The position numbers and the translations under genes were made by a program. Below the pieces are notes generated by a model that was not told where the DNA came from, made no database searches, and saw only the letters and a program-made list of their open reading frames with translations. Positions 20,591 through 30,355 of a stretch of DNA of 64,000 bases are shown here, one piece after another; the stretch's first letter is position 1, and each line of letters opens with the position of its first letter. This stretch comes from an uncultured Burkholderiales bacterium. GTDB lineage: Bacteria; Pseudomonadota; Gammaproteobacteria; Burkholderiales; Burkholderiaceae_C. Location of the stretch: the NCBI GenBank assembly GCA_903820745.1, contig CAIJIT010000315.1, positions 976 to 64,975 on the forward strand. Reading direction: 5' to 3'.

Positions 20591-20646
20591 TTACCCAAGC
20601 AGCTGCGATACTGGCCAGGCTGACCTTCCAGCTTGATGCCGCCCCA

Positions 20647-21717
20647 ATGACCCAGACCCCAGACTCAAGTTTCGGCCAGCTAACGCCCGAATTCATGCTC
20701 GATGCGCTGGAAGCGGCAGGGCTTCATGCCGATGGTCGCATGCTGCAGCTGAACTCCTATGAAAACCGGGTGCTGCAACTGCATCTGGAAGACGGTCGCA
20801 TCGCAGTCGCGAAGTTCTACCGCCCAGGACGCTGGAGCGATGAGCAAATTCTTGAAGAGCATTGTTTTGCGCAGGAGTTGGCTGCGGCTGAACTGCCAGT
20901 GGCTGCACCCTGGGTGCTGTCCAGACTCAAGGATTCACTGACCTTGGCTGGCGATCCCGCCACCTTGGCCCATTTCGGCGCTCAGCGTTTTGCTGTCACG
21001 CCGCGCCAGGGGGGCCGCTCACCCGAACTTGAAGACCCGGAAGTGCTGACCTGGATCGGACGCCTGCTCGGGCGTATGCACAACGTCGGCCGCAGCCGCC
21101 AGTTCCTGCACCGCATGCATTGGTCCAGCGCGAAGCCGGGCCGCGACGCGAGCGACTGGTTGATCAGCAACTCGAGCATTCCGCTGGAAATCTTTCCAGC
21201 CTGGCACGACATCGTGCAACGCTGCCTAGCAGCGATCCAGCAGCAATTCGATGCCTTGCCAAGCTTGCAATTGCTGCGCCTGCATGGCGACTGCCACCCC
21301 GGCAACATCCTCTGGACGCCCGCTGGCGGGCCACATTTCGTCGACCTCGACGATGCGGTGATGGGGCCGGCAGTTCAGGACTTGTGGATGCTGCTGTCGG
21401 GCGATGCGCTGGCCGCACGTCAGCAACTTGCCTGCGTGCTCGAGGGCTATGAGATGGTGGCCGAATTCGACCGCCGCGAACTGACCCTGATCGAGCCACT
21501 GCGCACGCTGCGCATGATCCACCACAGCGCCTGGCTGGCCAAGCGCTGGGGCGATCCGGCATTTCCGCTGGCCTTCCCCTGGTTCGGCACGCCCAATTAC
21601 TGGAGCGATCAGGTCGCCAAATTGGGCGAACAACTTGAACTGATGAAGCCGCCCGAAACGGACCAGTTCATCGCCTTCGACGATGAAGACTGGGATCCCG
21701 ACGCGAATTTCAAGTAA
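20647..21717 (+). CDS. srkA: SrkA/RdoA (YihE) Ser/Thr kinase
   Basis: LNSYENRV, KFYRPGRW, LHGDCHPGN, VDLDD, LRTLRMIH. Confidence 0.9.
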   Translation: MTQTPDSSFGQLTPEFMLDALEAAGLHADGRMLQLNSYENRVLQLHLEDGRIAVAKFYRPGRWSDEQILEEHCFAQELAAAELPVAAPWVLSRLKDSLTLAGDPATLAHFGAQRFAVTPRQGGRSPELEDPEVLTWIGRLLGRMHNVGRSRQFLHRMHWSSAKPGRDASDWLISNSSIPLEIFPAWHDIVQRCLAAIQQQFDALPSLQLLRLHGDCHPGNILWTPAGGPHFVDLDDAVMGPAVQDLWMLLSGDALAARQQLACVLEGYEMVAEFDRRELTLIEPLRTLRMIHHSAWLAKRWGDPAFPLAFPWFGTPNYWSDQVAKLGEQLELMKPPETDQFIAFDDEDWDPDANFK

Positions 21718-21777
21718 TTTCGGCAATAAGCCGAACTTGCGGGATCAGGCCGGGCGTCAAGCGCCCAGCCGCGGTCA

Positions 21778-23661
21778 TCAGCCCATCAGCAGCGCATTGA
21801 CCCGCTTGACGTAAGCCGCCGGATCTTCCAGATGGCCGCCTTCAGCCAGCATCGCCTGGTCAAACAGGACCTGGGCCAGATCGTCGAAATGCTCGCTCGC
21901 TTCGAGCTTGCGCACCAAGGCATGCTCGGTGTTGATTTCGAGCGTTGGCAATGAAGTCGGCGCCGCTTGGCCCGCCTGCTTCATCAAGCGCGCCAGATGA
22001 CCGCTCATATCGCCTTCCTCGACGACGATGCAGGCCGGCGAATCGACCAGACGGGTGCTGACGCGGACATCCTTGGCGCGGCCCTGCAAGGTCTGCTTGA
22101 GGCGTTCCAGCAAAGGCTTGAAGGCCTCGGCAGCAGCTTCAGTCTTCTTCTTTTCTTCCTCATCCTGCAGCTTGCCCAAATCGATCGCGCCCTTGGCCAC
22201 CGATTGCAGCGGCTTGCCTTCGAACTCGTACAGATGTGAGAGCATCCATTCGTCGACGCGGTCAACCAGCAGCAGCACTTCGATACCCTTCTTGCGGAAG
22301 ATTTCCAGCTGCGGGCTGTTCTTGGCAGCCGAAAGCGATTCGGCGGTGATGTAGTAAATCGCTTCCTGATCCACCTTGGCGCGCGCCAGATAGTCGGTCA
22401 ACGACACGCCTTCGTCAGACTGGGTCGAGGCGAAGCGCAGCAACTTGGCCAGTCGTTCCTGGTTCTGTTGATCCTCGCCGACGCCTTCCTTCAGTACCGA
22501 ACCGAAATCTTTCCAGAAATCCTGATACTTGGTGCGCTCGGCAGCGTCCTCGCTATTGGCCAATGACTCGAGCATCGCCAGCACGCGCTTGGTCGAACCT
22601 TCGCGAATCGCCTTCACATCGCGGCTTTCCTGCAGCAACTCGCGTGAAACATTCAGCGGCAGGTCGGCCGAGTCGATCACGCCCTTGACGAAGCGCAGAT
22701 AGACCGGCATCAAGGCTTCCGCATCGTCCATGATGAAGACGCGCTTGACATAGAGCTTGACGCCGCCGCGCTTGTCGCGGTTCCAGAGGTCGAAAGGCGC
22801 CTTCTTCGGGATATAGAGCAGTTGCGTGTATTCGCTGCGACCTTCGACACGGTTGTGCGTATAGGACAGCGGCGCTTCGCTGTCGTAGCTGAGTTGCTTG
22901 TAGAAATCCTCGTACTGTTCCTGCGTGATCTCGCTCTTGCTGCGTGCCCAGAGCGCCGAAGCCTTGTTGACGCTCTCCCATTCGTCGGACATCACCTGGG
23001 CGGATTTCTCGGCGTCCCAGGACTCCTTGCGCATCAGGATCGGCAGCGAGATATGGTCCGAGTATTTGCTGATGATCGACTTGAGGCGCCAGGTCTTGAG
23101 GAATTCCTCCTCGCCTTCACGCAGATGCAAAGTCACCTTGGTGCCACGCGAAGCTTGCGTGATCGCCTCGATCTCGTATTCGCCGGTGCCTTCGGAACTC
23201 CAGCGCATGCCCTCGTCAGCGCTCAAGCCCGCACGCCGGGATTCGACCGTGATGCGGTCAGCAACGATGAAGCCCGAATAAAAACCGACGCCGAACTGGC
23301 CGATCAGGTTGGCGTCCTTCTTCTGGTCGCCACCGAGCTTTTCCATGAACTCGCGCGTACCGCTCTTGGCGATCGTGCCGAGATGGGCAATCGCCTCGTC
23401 GGCGCTCAAGCCGATGCCGTTGTCGGCGATCGTGACCGTGTGCGCTTCTTCGTCAAAGCTGACCCGCACTTCAAGGTTGGGCTGATCCTCGAAATAGTCC
23501 GGGTGGTCGAGCGCTTCGAAGCGCAGTTTATCGCAGGCGTCCGAGGCATTCGACACCAGTTCGCGCAGGAAAATTTCCTTGTTCGAATACAGCGAATGGG
23601 TGACGAGGTGCAGGATCTGCTTGACCTCGGCCTGGAAGGAATGGGTCTGCTTTTTTTCCAT
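21778..23661 (-). CDS. htpG: Hsp90 chaperone
   Basis: [32 protein letters not shown]. Confidence 0.98.
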   Translation of the reverse strand: MEKKQTHSFQAEVKQILHLVTHSLYSNKEIFLRELVSNASDACDKLRFEALDHPDYFEDQPNLEVRVSFDEEAHTVTIADNGIGLSADEAIAHLGTIAKSGTREFMEKLGGDQKKDANLIGQFGVGFYSGFIVADRITVESRRAGLSADEGMRWSSEGTGEYEIEAITQASRGTKVTLHLREGEEEFLKTWRLKSIISKYSDHISLPILMRKESWDAEKSAQVMSDEWESVNKASALWARSKSEITQEQYEDFYKQLSYDSEAPLSYTHNRVEGRSEYTQLLYIPKKAPFDLWNRDKRGGVKLYVKRVFIMDDAEALMPVYLRFVKGVIDSADLPLNVSRELLQESRDVKAIREGSTKRVLAMLESLANSEDAAERTKYQDFWKDFGSVLKEGVGEDQQNQERLAKLLRFASTQSDEGVSLTDYLARAKVDQEAIYYITAESLSAAKNSPQLEIFRKKGIEVLLLVDRVDEWMLSHLYEFEGKPLQSVAKGAIDLGKLQDEEEKKKTEAAAEAFKPLLERLKQTLQGRAKDVRVSTRLVDSPACIVVEEGDMSGHLARLMKQAGQAAPTSLPTLEINTEHALVRKLEASEHFDDLAQVLFDQAMLAEGGHLEDPAAYVKRVNALLMG

Positions 23662-23722
23662 GATCAGGTGTGTATTTCCAATGGATTGAATTGAAGGGAT
23701 GAAGCGTCCCGGCATTTGCCAC

Positions 23723-23748
23723 ATGGGGCCGATGCCTCGGGCTTCAAG
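23723..23748 (-). promoter_or_regulatory. Sigma32 (RpoH) promoter of htpG
   Basis: Minus strand CTTGAA-N14-CCCCAT, about 60 nt upstream of the htpG ATG. Confidence 0.85.
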
Positions 23749-23758
23749 GCTGGACGGG

Positions 23759-24070
23759 TCAGTAGGACAGGCTCAGCCTGGCCACATCGACGCTCAGCCG
23801 CGATTTGCCCAGCGCACCAAGGGACGCAATTGCATAAGCTTGCGCCCAGACCGGGTCTGCAAAAGCCGCCGGCCCGACCGCTGCCGCGATGCCGAGAATC
23901 TTGTCGGCGATCAGCACCTTGCCCGAGCCCCGCATCGGTTCGCAGCCGTTTTTGATGAACTGCTCATCGAGCCATTTTCTGGCGGTTTCGAAAGCCGAAG
24001 CTTCAGCGGCGGCAACCAGCAGATCGAATTGCTGATCCGGTCCGAATATGACTTTCACCTCACCTTGCAT
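23759..24070 (-). CDS. Hypothetical protein (103 aa)
   Basis: GAGGAA RBS before ATG, coding-like codon usage, co-oriented after the DAHP synthase gene. Family not recognised. Confidence 0.65.
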   Translation of the reverse strand: MQGEVKVIFGPDQQFDLLVAAAEASAFETARKWLDEQFIKNGCEPMRGSGKVLIADKILGIAAAVGPAAFADPVWAQAYAIASLGALGKSRLSVDVARLSLSY

Positions 24071-24109
24071 GGCTTGTTCCTCGCAGCGCATCCGAGCGTC
24101 GATTCTGAC

Positions 24110-25237
24110 TCATCTGCGACTGGAGATGACCGCCTCGCTCAAGGTCTGCAACACCAGCAACGAATCATCCCAGCCGAGGCAGGCATCGGTGATGCTCTTG
24201 CCGAACTCGAGCTGGGCCGGATCATCCTTGCCGGGGGTGAACTTTTGCGCGCCGTCGTTCAGATGACTCTCGACCATCACGCCGAAAATACTCTTGCTGC
24301 CGGCCTTGATCTGGGCCGCGACATCGCGCGCCACATCGATCTGCCGCAGATGCTGCTTGCTGCTGTTGGCATGCGAGCAGTCGACCATCAAGGATTGATT
24401 CAGCTTGGCGGCCGCCAGATCCTTGCAGGCCGCAGCGACATGGGGAGCATCGTAATTGGGCGACTTGCCGCCGCGCAGGATCACATGGCAATCCTTGTTG
24501 CCGCGGGTCTCGACGATAGCCACCTGACCATTCTTGTGCACCGAGAGGAAATGGTGAGCGCCGGCCGCCGCCTGGATCGCATCGGTGGCGATCTTGATAT
24601 TGCCGTCGGTACCGTTCTTGAAGCCGATCGGCGCTGACAGACCCGAGGCCAATTCACGGTGTACCTGGCTCTCGGTCGTGCGGGCACCAATGGCCCCCCA
24701 AGAAATCAGGTCGCCGATATATTGCGGTGAAATCACGTCGAGGAATTCGGAGCCCGCCGGCATGCCCAGGCGGTTGATCTCGAGCAGCAACTGACGCGCG
24801 ATGCGCAGGCCTTCGTCGATGCGGAAGCTCTCGTCCAGGTAAGGGTCGTTGATCAGGCCCTTCCAGCCCACCGTCGTGCGCGGTTTTTCGAAATAGACCC
24901 GCATGACGATTTCCAGCGTATCGGCGTACTTTTCACGCTGCTTTTGCAGGCGCCTGGCATATTCCACCGCAGCGGCCGGGTCGTGGATCGAACAGGGTCC
25001 GATGATGACCAGCAAACGATCATCCTCGCGCCTGATGATGCGCCGCACCTTGGCCCGGGTGCCGCTGATCAACTGCTCCATCGGCGTGCCGCGGATCGGG
25101 AAAAAGCGGATCAGATGTTCCGGCGGCGGCAGCGGCGTGATGTCCTCGATGCGCTCGTCGTCGGTCAGACTGGTTCTGTCTTGCGGCGCGTAAAAGCGTT
25201 CGGCGCTGGGCTCCGATGGAGCGGATTTGGCGGTCAT
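24110..25237 (-). CDS. aroG: Class I DAHP synthase (AroG/AroF type)
   Basis: IGPCSIHDP, RVYFEKPRTTVGWKG, GARTTESQ, DCSHANS. Confidence 0.93.
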   Translation of the reverse strand: MTAKSAPSEPSAERFYAPQDRTSLTDDERIEDITPLPPPEHLIRFFPIRGTPMEQLISGTRAKVRRIIRREDDRLLVIIGPCSIHDPAAAVEYARRLQKQREKYADTLEIVMRVYFEKPRTTVGWKGLINDPYLDESFRIDEGLRIARQLLLEINRLGMPAGSEFLDVISPQYIGDLISWGAIGARTTESQVHRELASGLSAPIGFKNGTDGNIKIATDAIQAAAGAHHFLSVHKNGQVAIVETRGNKDCHVILRGGKSPNYDAPHVAAACKDLAAAKLNQSLMVDCSHANSSKQHLRQIDVARDVAAQIKAGSKSIFGVMVESHLNDGAQKFTPGKDDPAQLEFGKSITDACLGWDDSLLVLQTLSEAVISSRR

Positions 25238-25283
25238 GGCTATGAATCTTCTGGCTTGAATGGATGGTTTTTCGCTCGGGCCG

Positions 25284-25314
25284 AAAAAAAGCCGCCAGAT
25301 CTCGATCCGGCGGC
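25284..25314 (-). terminator. Intrinsic terminator after tldD
   Basis: GCCGCCGGATC-GA-GATCTGGCGGC-T7 on the minus strand. Confidence 0.75.
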
Positions 25315-25353
25315 TGCAACGATTTTAGTCTCGCGCGCTGGCTGGACAGATTT

Positions 25354-26817
25354 TCAGGCAGTCCCGCCTACGGTCAGACCATCAATGCGCAAAGTCGGCT
25401 GACCAACGCCGACCGGCACGCTCTGGCCTTCTTTGCCGCAGACACCGACACCGGTATCGAGCCGCATGTCGTTGCCGATCATCGTCACCCTTGTCAGCGC
25501 TTCGGGGCCGCTGCCGATGATCGTCGCACCCTTGACTGGATAAAGGATCTTGCCGTTCTCGACCCAGAAGGCTTCGCTGGCCGAAAAGACGAACTTGCCA
25601 CTGGTGATGTCAACCTGGCCGCCACCGAAGTTGGTGGCATAAATGCCCTTCTTGATGCTGGCGATGATTTCCTGCGGCTCGGCCTTGCCACCCAGCATAT
25701 AGGTGTTGGTCATGCGCGGCATCGGCACATGGGCATAGCTCTCGCGCCGGCCATTGCCGGTCGGGGCCACCTTCATCAAGCGCGCATTCATCGCATCCTG
25801 GATATAGCCCTTGAGGATGCCGTCTTCGATCAGCACATTGCGCTGCGAGGCGCAGCCCTCATCGTCGACATTGAGCGAGCCGCGCCGATCGGCCAGCGTG
25901 CCATCATCAAGCACGGTGACACCCTTGGCAGCGACGCGCTCGCCGATGCGGCCGGCAAAAGCGCTCGAGCCCTTGCGGTTGAAATCGCCTTCCAGGCCAT
26001 GGCCGATGGCCTCGTGCAGCAGCACGCCGGGCCAGCCAGGGCCGAGCACCACGGTCATCTCGCCGGCAGGCGCCGGGCGTGATTCCAGATTGGTCAAGGC
26101 CGCAGCGACCGCATGGTCGACATAGCTGGCAATCATCTCGTCGGTGAAATAAGCCAGACCGAAGCGGCCGCCGCCACCGCCCGAACCGACTTCGCGCCGG
26201 CCATTGCTCTCGGCGATCACCGTCACCGACAAACGCACCAGCGGCCGCACATCGGCGGCCAGCGTGCCATCGGCACGTGCAATCAAGACGATTTCATGCT
26301 CGGCCGCCATGCCCGCCATCACCTGCGCGACGCGCGGGTCCTTGGCCCGGGCCATGCGTTCGGCGCGCTCGAGCAGCGCCACTTTTTCGGCACTGTCCAG
26401 ACTCAGGATCGGGTCAGCCGGGCCGTAAAGCGAGCGGCTGGCGGCGATCGACGGCGTCGACGGGACTTTGACCTTGCGGCTCTGGCCTGCAGCGGCAATG
26501 CTGCGCACCGTCAGCGCCGCGTCCATCAAGGCAGCTTCGGAGATGTCGTCGGAGTAGGCGAAAGCGGTCTTCTCGCCCGCCACCGCACGAACCCCGACAC
26601 CCTGGTCGATGCTGAAGCTGCCACTCTTGACGATGCCCTCCTCCAGACTCCAGCCTTCCGAGCGGGTGGTCTGGAAGTAGAGGTCGGCATCGTCAATACG
26701 GTGCTCGGTGATCAGACGCAGGGCTTTGGCCAGCACCATCTCGCTCAGACCGTAAGGCTCAAGCAGATGGCTGCGGGCCGCAACCAGGCGGGCAATAGTG
26801 GGTTCGCGCGAAATCAT
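25354..26817 (-). CDS. tldD: Metalloprotease TldD
   Basis: HEAIGHGLEGD, RMTNTYM, GVCGKEGQSVPV. Confidence 0.96.
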   Translation of the reverse strand: MISREPTIARLVAARSHLLEPYGLSEMVLAKALRLITEHRIDDADLYFQTTRSEGWSLEEGIVKSGSFSIDQGVGVRAVAGEKTAFAYSDDISEAALMDAALTVRSIAAAGQSRKVKVPSTPSIAASRSLYGPADPILSLDSAEKVALLERAERMARAKDPRVAQVMAGMAAEHEIVLIARADGTLAADVRPLVRLSVTVIAESNGRREVGSGGGGGRFGLAYFTDEMIASYVDHAVAAALTNLESRPAPAGEMTVVLGPGWPGVLLHEAIGHGLEGDFNRKGSSAFAGRIGERVAAKGVTVLDDGTLADRRGSLNVDDEGCASQRNVLIEDGILKGYIQDAMNARLMKVAPTGNGRRESYAHVPMPRMTNTYMLGGKAEPQEIIASIKKGIYATNFGGGQVDITSGKFVFSASEAFWVENGKILYPVKGATIIGSGPEALTRVTMIGNDMRLDTGVGVCGKEGQSVPVGVGQPTLRIDGLTVGGTA

Positions 26818-26854
26818 GGCGGCATTGTAGGAGCGCCGCCTGTTTCCCGCTCGA

Positions 26855-27781
26855 TCAAGCGCCCTGGTCCGCCCCGGCCTGTTTCAACTGCAAGGCCTTG
26901 TCGTAAAGCCGGTTGCGCGAACTGCCGCTGATCTCCGCCGCCAAGGTCACCGCCTGCTTCAAGGGCAACTCGGCCAGCAGCAGGCCCAGCACACGCAAGG
27001 CCTCGGCCGGCAATTCGCCATCAACGGACGCTTCAAGCTTGCAGGCATGCAGCACCAGCACGAACTCGCCGCGCTCGCGCTGCGCGTCGGCGGCCAGCCA
27101 GGCGGGCAATTCAGAAGCCAGCGCGGTGTGGACAGTTTCAAACTGCTTGGTCAACTCGCGGCAAACCGTGACCTTCTGGGCCGGACAGACCTCGGCCAGC
27201 ACATCGAGCAATGCCTTGATCCGGTGCGGAGCTTCGAACAGCAGCTGGCTGCGCTGGCTGCCGCACAAAGCCAGCAGCGCGCTACGGCGCTCGCCCGCCT
27301 TGGTCGGCAGGAAGCCGGCAAACTCGAAACCCTGGGCGACCGCATCGCCGGCCACGCTGAGCGCCGTCACGACGCTGCTGGCGCCAGGAATCGGCAGCAC
27401 GCGCAAGCCGGCCGCTGCAACTGCGGCGACCAGCACCGCCCCGGGGTCGGAGATTGCCGGCGTGCCGGCATCGCTGACATAGGCAATGCGTTCGCCCTGG
27501 CTGAGCCGCTGCACCACGGCAGCGCTGGCGGCATGTTCGTTGTGCTGGTGCAAGGCGATCAAGGGCCGGTGCAGACCCAGATGGTGCAGCAGTCCGCCGC
27601 TGACGCGCGTGTCTTCGCAGGCCACCGCGTCGACCAGGCCCAGCACATGGACAGCACGCAGGCTCAGATCAGCCAGATTGCCGATCGGCGTGGCCACCAC
27701 ATAAAGCGTGGCTGCGGGATACTGTTGACCACCGGCTGCAGCTGCAGCCGCCTGCATCAGCAGGGAGGCATCAATGTTCAA
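26855..27781 (-). CDS. rsmI: 16S rRNA C1402 2'-O-methyltransferase
   Basis: LYVVATPIGNL, CEDTR, SDAGTPAISDPG, RELTKQFE. Start either TTG 27781 or ATG 27757. Confidence 0.93.
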   Translation of the reverse strand: MNIDASLLMQAAAAAAGGQQYPAATLYVVATPIGNLADLSLRAVHVLGLVDAVACEDTRVSGGLLHHLGLHRPLIALHQHNEHAASAAVVQRLSQGERIAYVSDAGTPAISDPGAVLVAAVAAAGLRVLPIPGASSVVTALSVAGDAVAQGFEFAGFLPTKAGERRSALLALCGSQRSQLLFEAPHRIKALLDVLAEVCPAQKVTVCRELTKQFETVHTALASELPAWLAADAQRERGEFVLVLHACKLEASVDGELPAEALRVLGLLLAELPLKQAVTLAAEISGSSRNRLYDKALQLKQAGADQGA

Positions 27782-28154
27782 GAAGGGCTCTCCCAGGATT
27801 AGCGGCAATGAAGCCGAAGACTGCGCCTTGCGCTATCTGCAGCAACGCGGATTGCGTCTCGTCGAGCGCAATTATCGGGTCGCGGCCGGTCCGGGCGCTC
27901 CAGCCGGCGAAGTCGATCTGATTCTGTACGACCGCGAAAGCACCCTGGTCTTCGTCGAAGTGCGGGCACGCGCCGGCCTCACGCATGGCGGCGCAGCGGC
28001 CAGCGTGTCCGCGTTCAAGCAGCGCCGCCTGATCTACGCGGCCAGCCATTACCTGCTGCGCCATGCCTCGCCGCCGCCCTGCCGCTTTGAGGTGGTCGCC
28101 ATCGACGGGGAAGCGGTCGAGTGGCTGCAAGCCGCTTTTGATACCGGTTTATGA
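27774..28154 (+). CDS. yraN: YraN (UPF0102) family protein
   Basis: GNEAED, RNYR, GEVDLI, FVEVRAR. Confidence 0.9.
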   Translation: MFKKGSPRISGNEAEDCALRYLQQRGLRLVERNYRVAAGPGAPAGEVDLILYDRESTLVFVEVRARAGLTHGGAAASVSAFKQRRLIYAASHYLLRHASPPPCRFEVVAIDGEAVEWLQAAFDTGL

Positions 28155-28163
28155 TGCACCCAC

Positions 28164-28739
28164 ATGCTAGAGCAACGGATCCAACAGCAATTTTTCGAAA
28201 GCGCAGACCTGCTGTACCAGGTGGCGGAGACGCTTTCCCGTCCGCTGGCTGCAGCGGCGCAATTGCTGGTCGAGAGCATCAGCGGCGGTGGCTGCGTGCT
28301 GTGTTGCGGACAGGGACTGTCGGCACTCGATGCAAGCTATATGAGTGCGCTGCTGGTCGGGCGCTTCGAGCAGGACCGGCCGGGCCTGGCTGCCTGGAGC
28401 CTGGACGGCAAAGCCAATGGCAGCAGCGTTGCGGCAGCCTTGGCGCGCCAGGTGCAGGTTCATGGTCATCCGGGCGACCTGCTGCTGCTGTTCGAAGCCC
28501 AACCCTCGAGTCATGCCAACTGGGCGACTGTGCTTGAAGCCGCCCATGACCAGGAGATGAGCGTGATCGCGCTGACCGGCAGCCAGGATGATGGGCTGCG
28601 CGCGCTGCTGCTTGATACCGATATCCTTATCCTCGTGCCGCACGGCCGCGCTGCGCGTGTGGCCGAGGCACAACGGCTGCTGTCACATTGCCTCTGTGAC
28701 GCAGTCGATCTGCAATTGCTGGGTGCCAGTGAAGTCTGA
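28164..28739 (+). CDS. SIS-domain protein, GmhA/DiaA-like with degenerate motifs
   Basis: MLEQRIQQQFFESADL, VGRFEQDRPGL, IALTG and position between yraN and the BON gene. Confidence 0.75.
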   Translation: MLEQRIQQQFFESADLLYQVAETLSRPLAAAAQLLVESISGGGCVLCCGQGLSALDASYMSALLVGRFEQDRPGLAAWSLDGKANGSSVAAALARQVQVHGHPGDLLLLFEAQPSSHANWATVLEAAHDQEMSVIALTGSQDDGLRALLLDTDILILVPHGRAARVAEAQRLLSHCLCDAVDLQLLGASEV

Positions 28740-28770
28740 CTCCGGCCTGATTCAACTGAACGGGAATGCC

Positions 28771-29403
28771 ATGAAACTGAACAATGCCCAAAACTACCTC
28801 TTGTTGTTGACCGCCCTGGCCGCCGCGATCGTCAGCAGCGCCTGTGCGCCGCTGGTGATGGGTGGCGCGATGGTCGGCAGCGCCTTGGTGGCGATCGATC
28901 GCCGCACGACCGGCACGCAACTGGAGGACGAAGGCATCGAATTCAAAGCCGGTGCGCGCATCCGCGAGCAATTCGGCGACCGCGTCCATGTCAATGTCAA
29001 CAGCTACAACCGGTTGGTGCTGATCACCGGCGAAGCCAGCAGCGAAGCTGACCGCAGCGCCTTGACCGCCGTCGCCAAAGGCATCGAGAACGTGAATAAC
29101 GTCCTCAACGAGACTGCGGTGATGGGCGCGAGCTCACTCAGCAGCCGCTCCAACGATCTGCTGATCGCCACCAAGATCAAGGGCAAGCTGATCGACACCC
29201 AGGATCTGGTCACCAATTCGATGCATGTGGTGGTCGAACGCGGCAGCGTCTTTCTGATGGGCCGCGTCACCGAGCGCGAAGCCGGCCGGGCCGTGGACAT
29301 CATTCGCAGCGTTGGCGGCGTACTGAAGGTCGTGCGCGTTTTCGAGATCATCAGCGAGGAAGAGCTCGCGCGCATCGCGCCCAAGCCCACCCCAGCGAAG
29401 TAA
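28771..29403 (+). CDS. Dual-BON-domain lipoprotein (DolP/YraP-like)
   Basis: Lipobox-like SSAC, DRRTTGTQLED, two BON domains. Confidence 0.88.
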   Translation: MKLNNAQNYLLLLTALAAAIVSSACAPLVMGGAMVGSALVAIDRRTTGTQLEDEGIEFKAGARIREQFGDRVHVNVNSYNRLVLITGEASSEADRSALTAVAKGIENVNNVLNETAVMGASSLSSRSNDLLIATKIKGKLIDTQDLVTNSMHVVVERGSVFLMGRVTEREAGRAVDIIRSVGGVLKVVRVFEIISEEELARIAPKPTPAK

Positions 29404-30303
29404 TCAAACGAGCCTTTTGATCAGGCTCGAAGTATCCCAGCGGCGCCCGCCCTGCTCCTGCAGATCGGCATAGAACTGGTCAACCAGGGCGGTCACCGGC
29501 AAACGCGCGCCATTGCGACGCGCTTCGTCGAGCACCAGCCCCAAGTCCTTGCGCATCCAGTCGACGGCGAAACCGAAATCGAATTGCTGCGCGACCATGG
29601 TCTTGCCACGGTTATCCAGCTGCCAGCTCTGCGCCGCACCCTTGCCGATCACGTCGAGCACTTGGCGCATGTCCAGGCCCGCCCGCTGACCAAAAGCGAT
29701 CGCCTCGGACAAGCCTTGCACCAACCCGGCGATGCAGATCTGGTTGACCATCTTGGCCAACTGGCCTGCGCCCGATTCACCGACCAAGGTCACGGCTTTT
29801 GAAAACGCCATCGCCACCGGCTGGATCGCCGCAAACGGTGCAGCATCACCACCGCACATGACGGTCAGCGCGCCATTGACGGCGCCGGCCTGACCACCGG
29901 ACACCGGTGCGTCGACAAAATTCAGGCCCAGCGCCAGCGCGGCAGCATGGAGTTCGCGCGCGACTTCGGCCGATGCGGTGGTGTGGTCGACAAACACGGC
30001 GCCCGGTTTCATACCGGCGAAGGCACCGCTAGCGCCCAGCACGACCGAGCGCAGATCGCTGTCGTTGCCAACGCAGGCGAAAACGATGTCCGCGCCGTCA
30101 GCAGCGGCAGCCGGTGTGGCGGCAGCGGCGCCACCATAGGCCTTGACCCAGGCCGCAGCTTTTTCCGGGCTGCGGTTGTAGACAGTCACATGGTGACCGG
30201 CACGGGCCAGATGGCCGGCCATCGGTGCGCCCATCACCCCAAGACCAAGGAAGGCCACCTTAACGGGTGGGACGGTTTCGTAGTTGCGTTCGTTAATATT
30301 CAT
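29404..30303 (-). CDS. 3-hydroxyisobutyrate/tartronate-semialdehyde reductase family NAD(P) oxidoreductase
   Basis: GLGVMG, DAPVSGGQAGA, GQLAKMVNQ. Confidence 0.88.
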   Translation of the reverse strand: MNINERNYETVPPVKVAFLGLGVMGAPMAGHLARAGHHVTVYNRSPEKAAAWVKAYGGAAAATPAAAADGADIVFACVGNDSDLRSVVLGASGAFAGMKPGAVFVDHTTASAEVARELHAAALALGLNFVDAPVSGGQAGAVNGALTVMCGGDAAPFAAIQPVAMAFSKAVTLVGESGAGQLAKMVNQICIAGLVQGLSEAIAFGQRAGLDMRQVLDVIGKGAAQSWQLDNRGKTMVAQQFDFGFAVDWMRKDLGLVLDEARRNGARLPVTALVDQFYADLQEQGGRRWDTSSLIKRLV

Positions 30304-30355
30304 GCCGCAACTCTATCCGAAACCGCAAGTTTCATCCTGCCGCCGCAGAATGGAT

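Noticed and set aside
25238-25353. Attenuator in front of the DAHP synthase gene
   Set aside because: No aromatic-rich leader peptide. The hairpin is explained as the tldD terminator.
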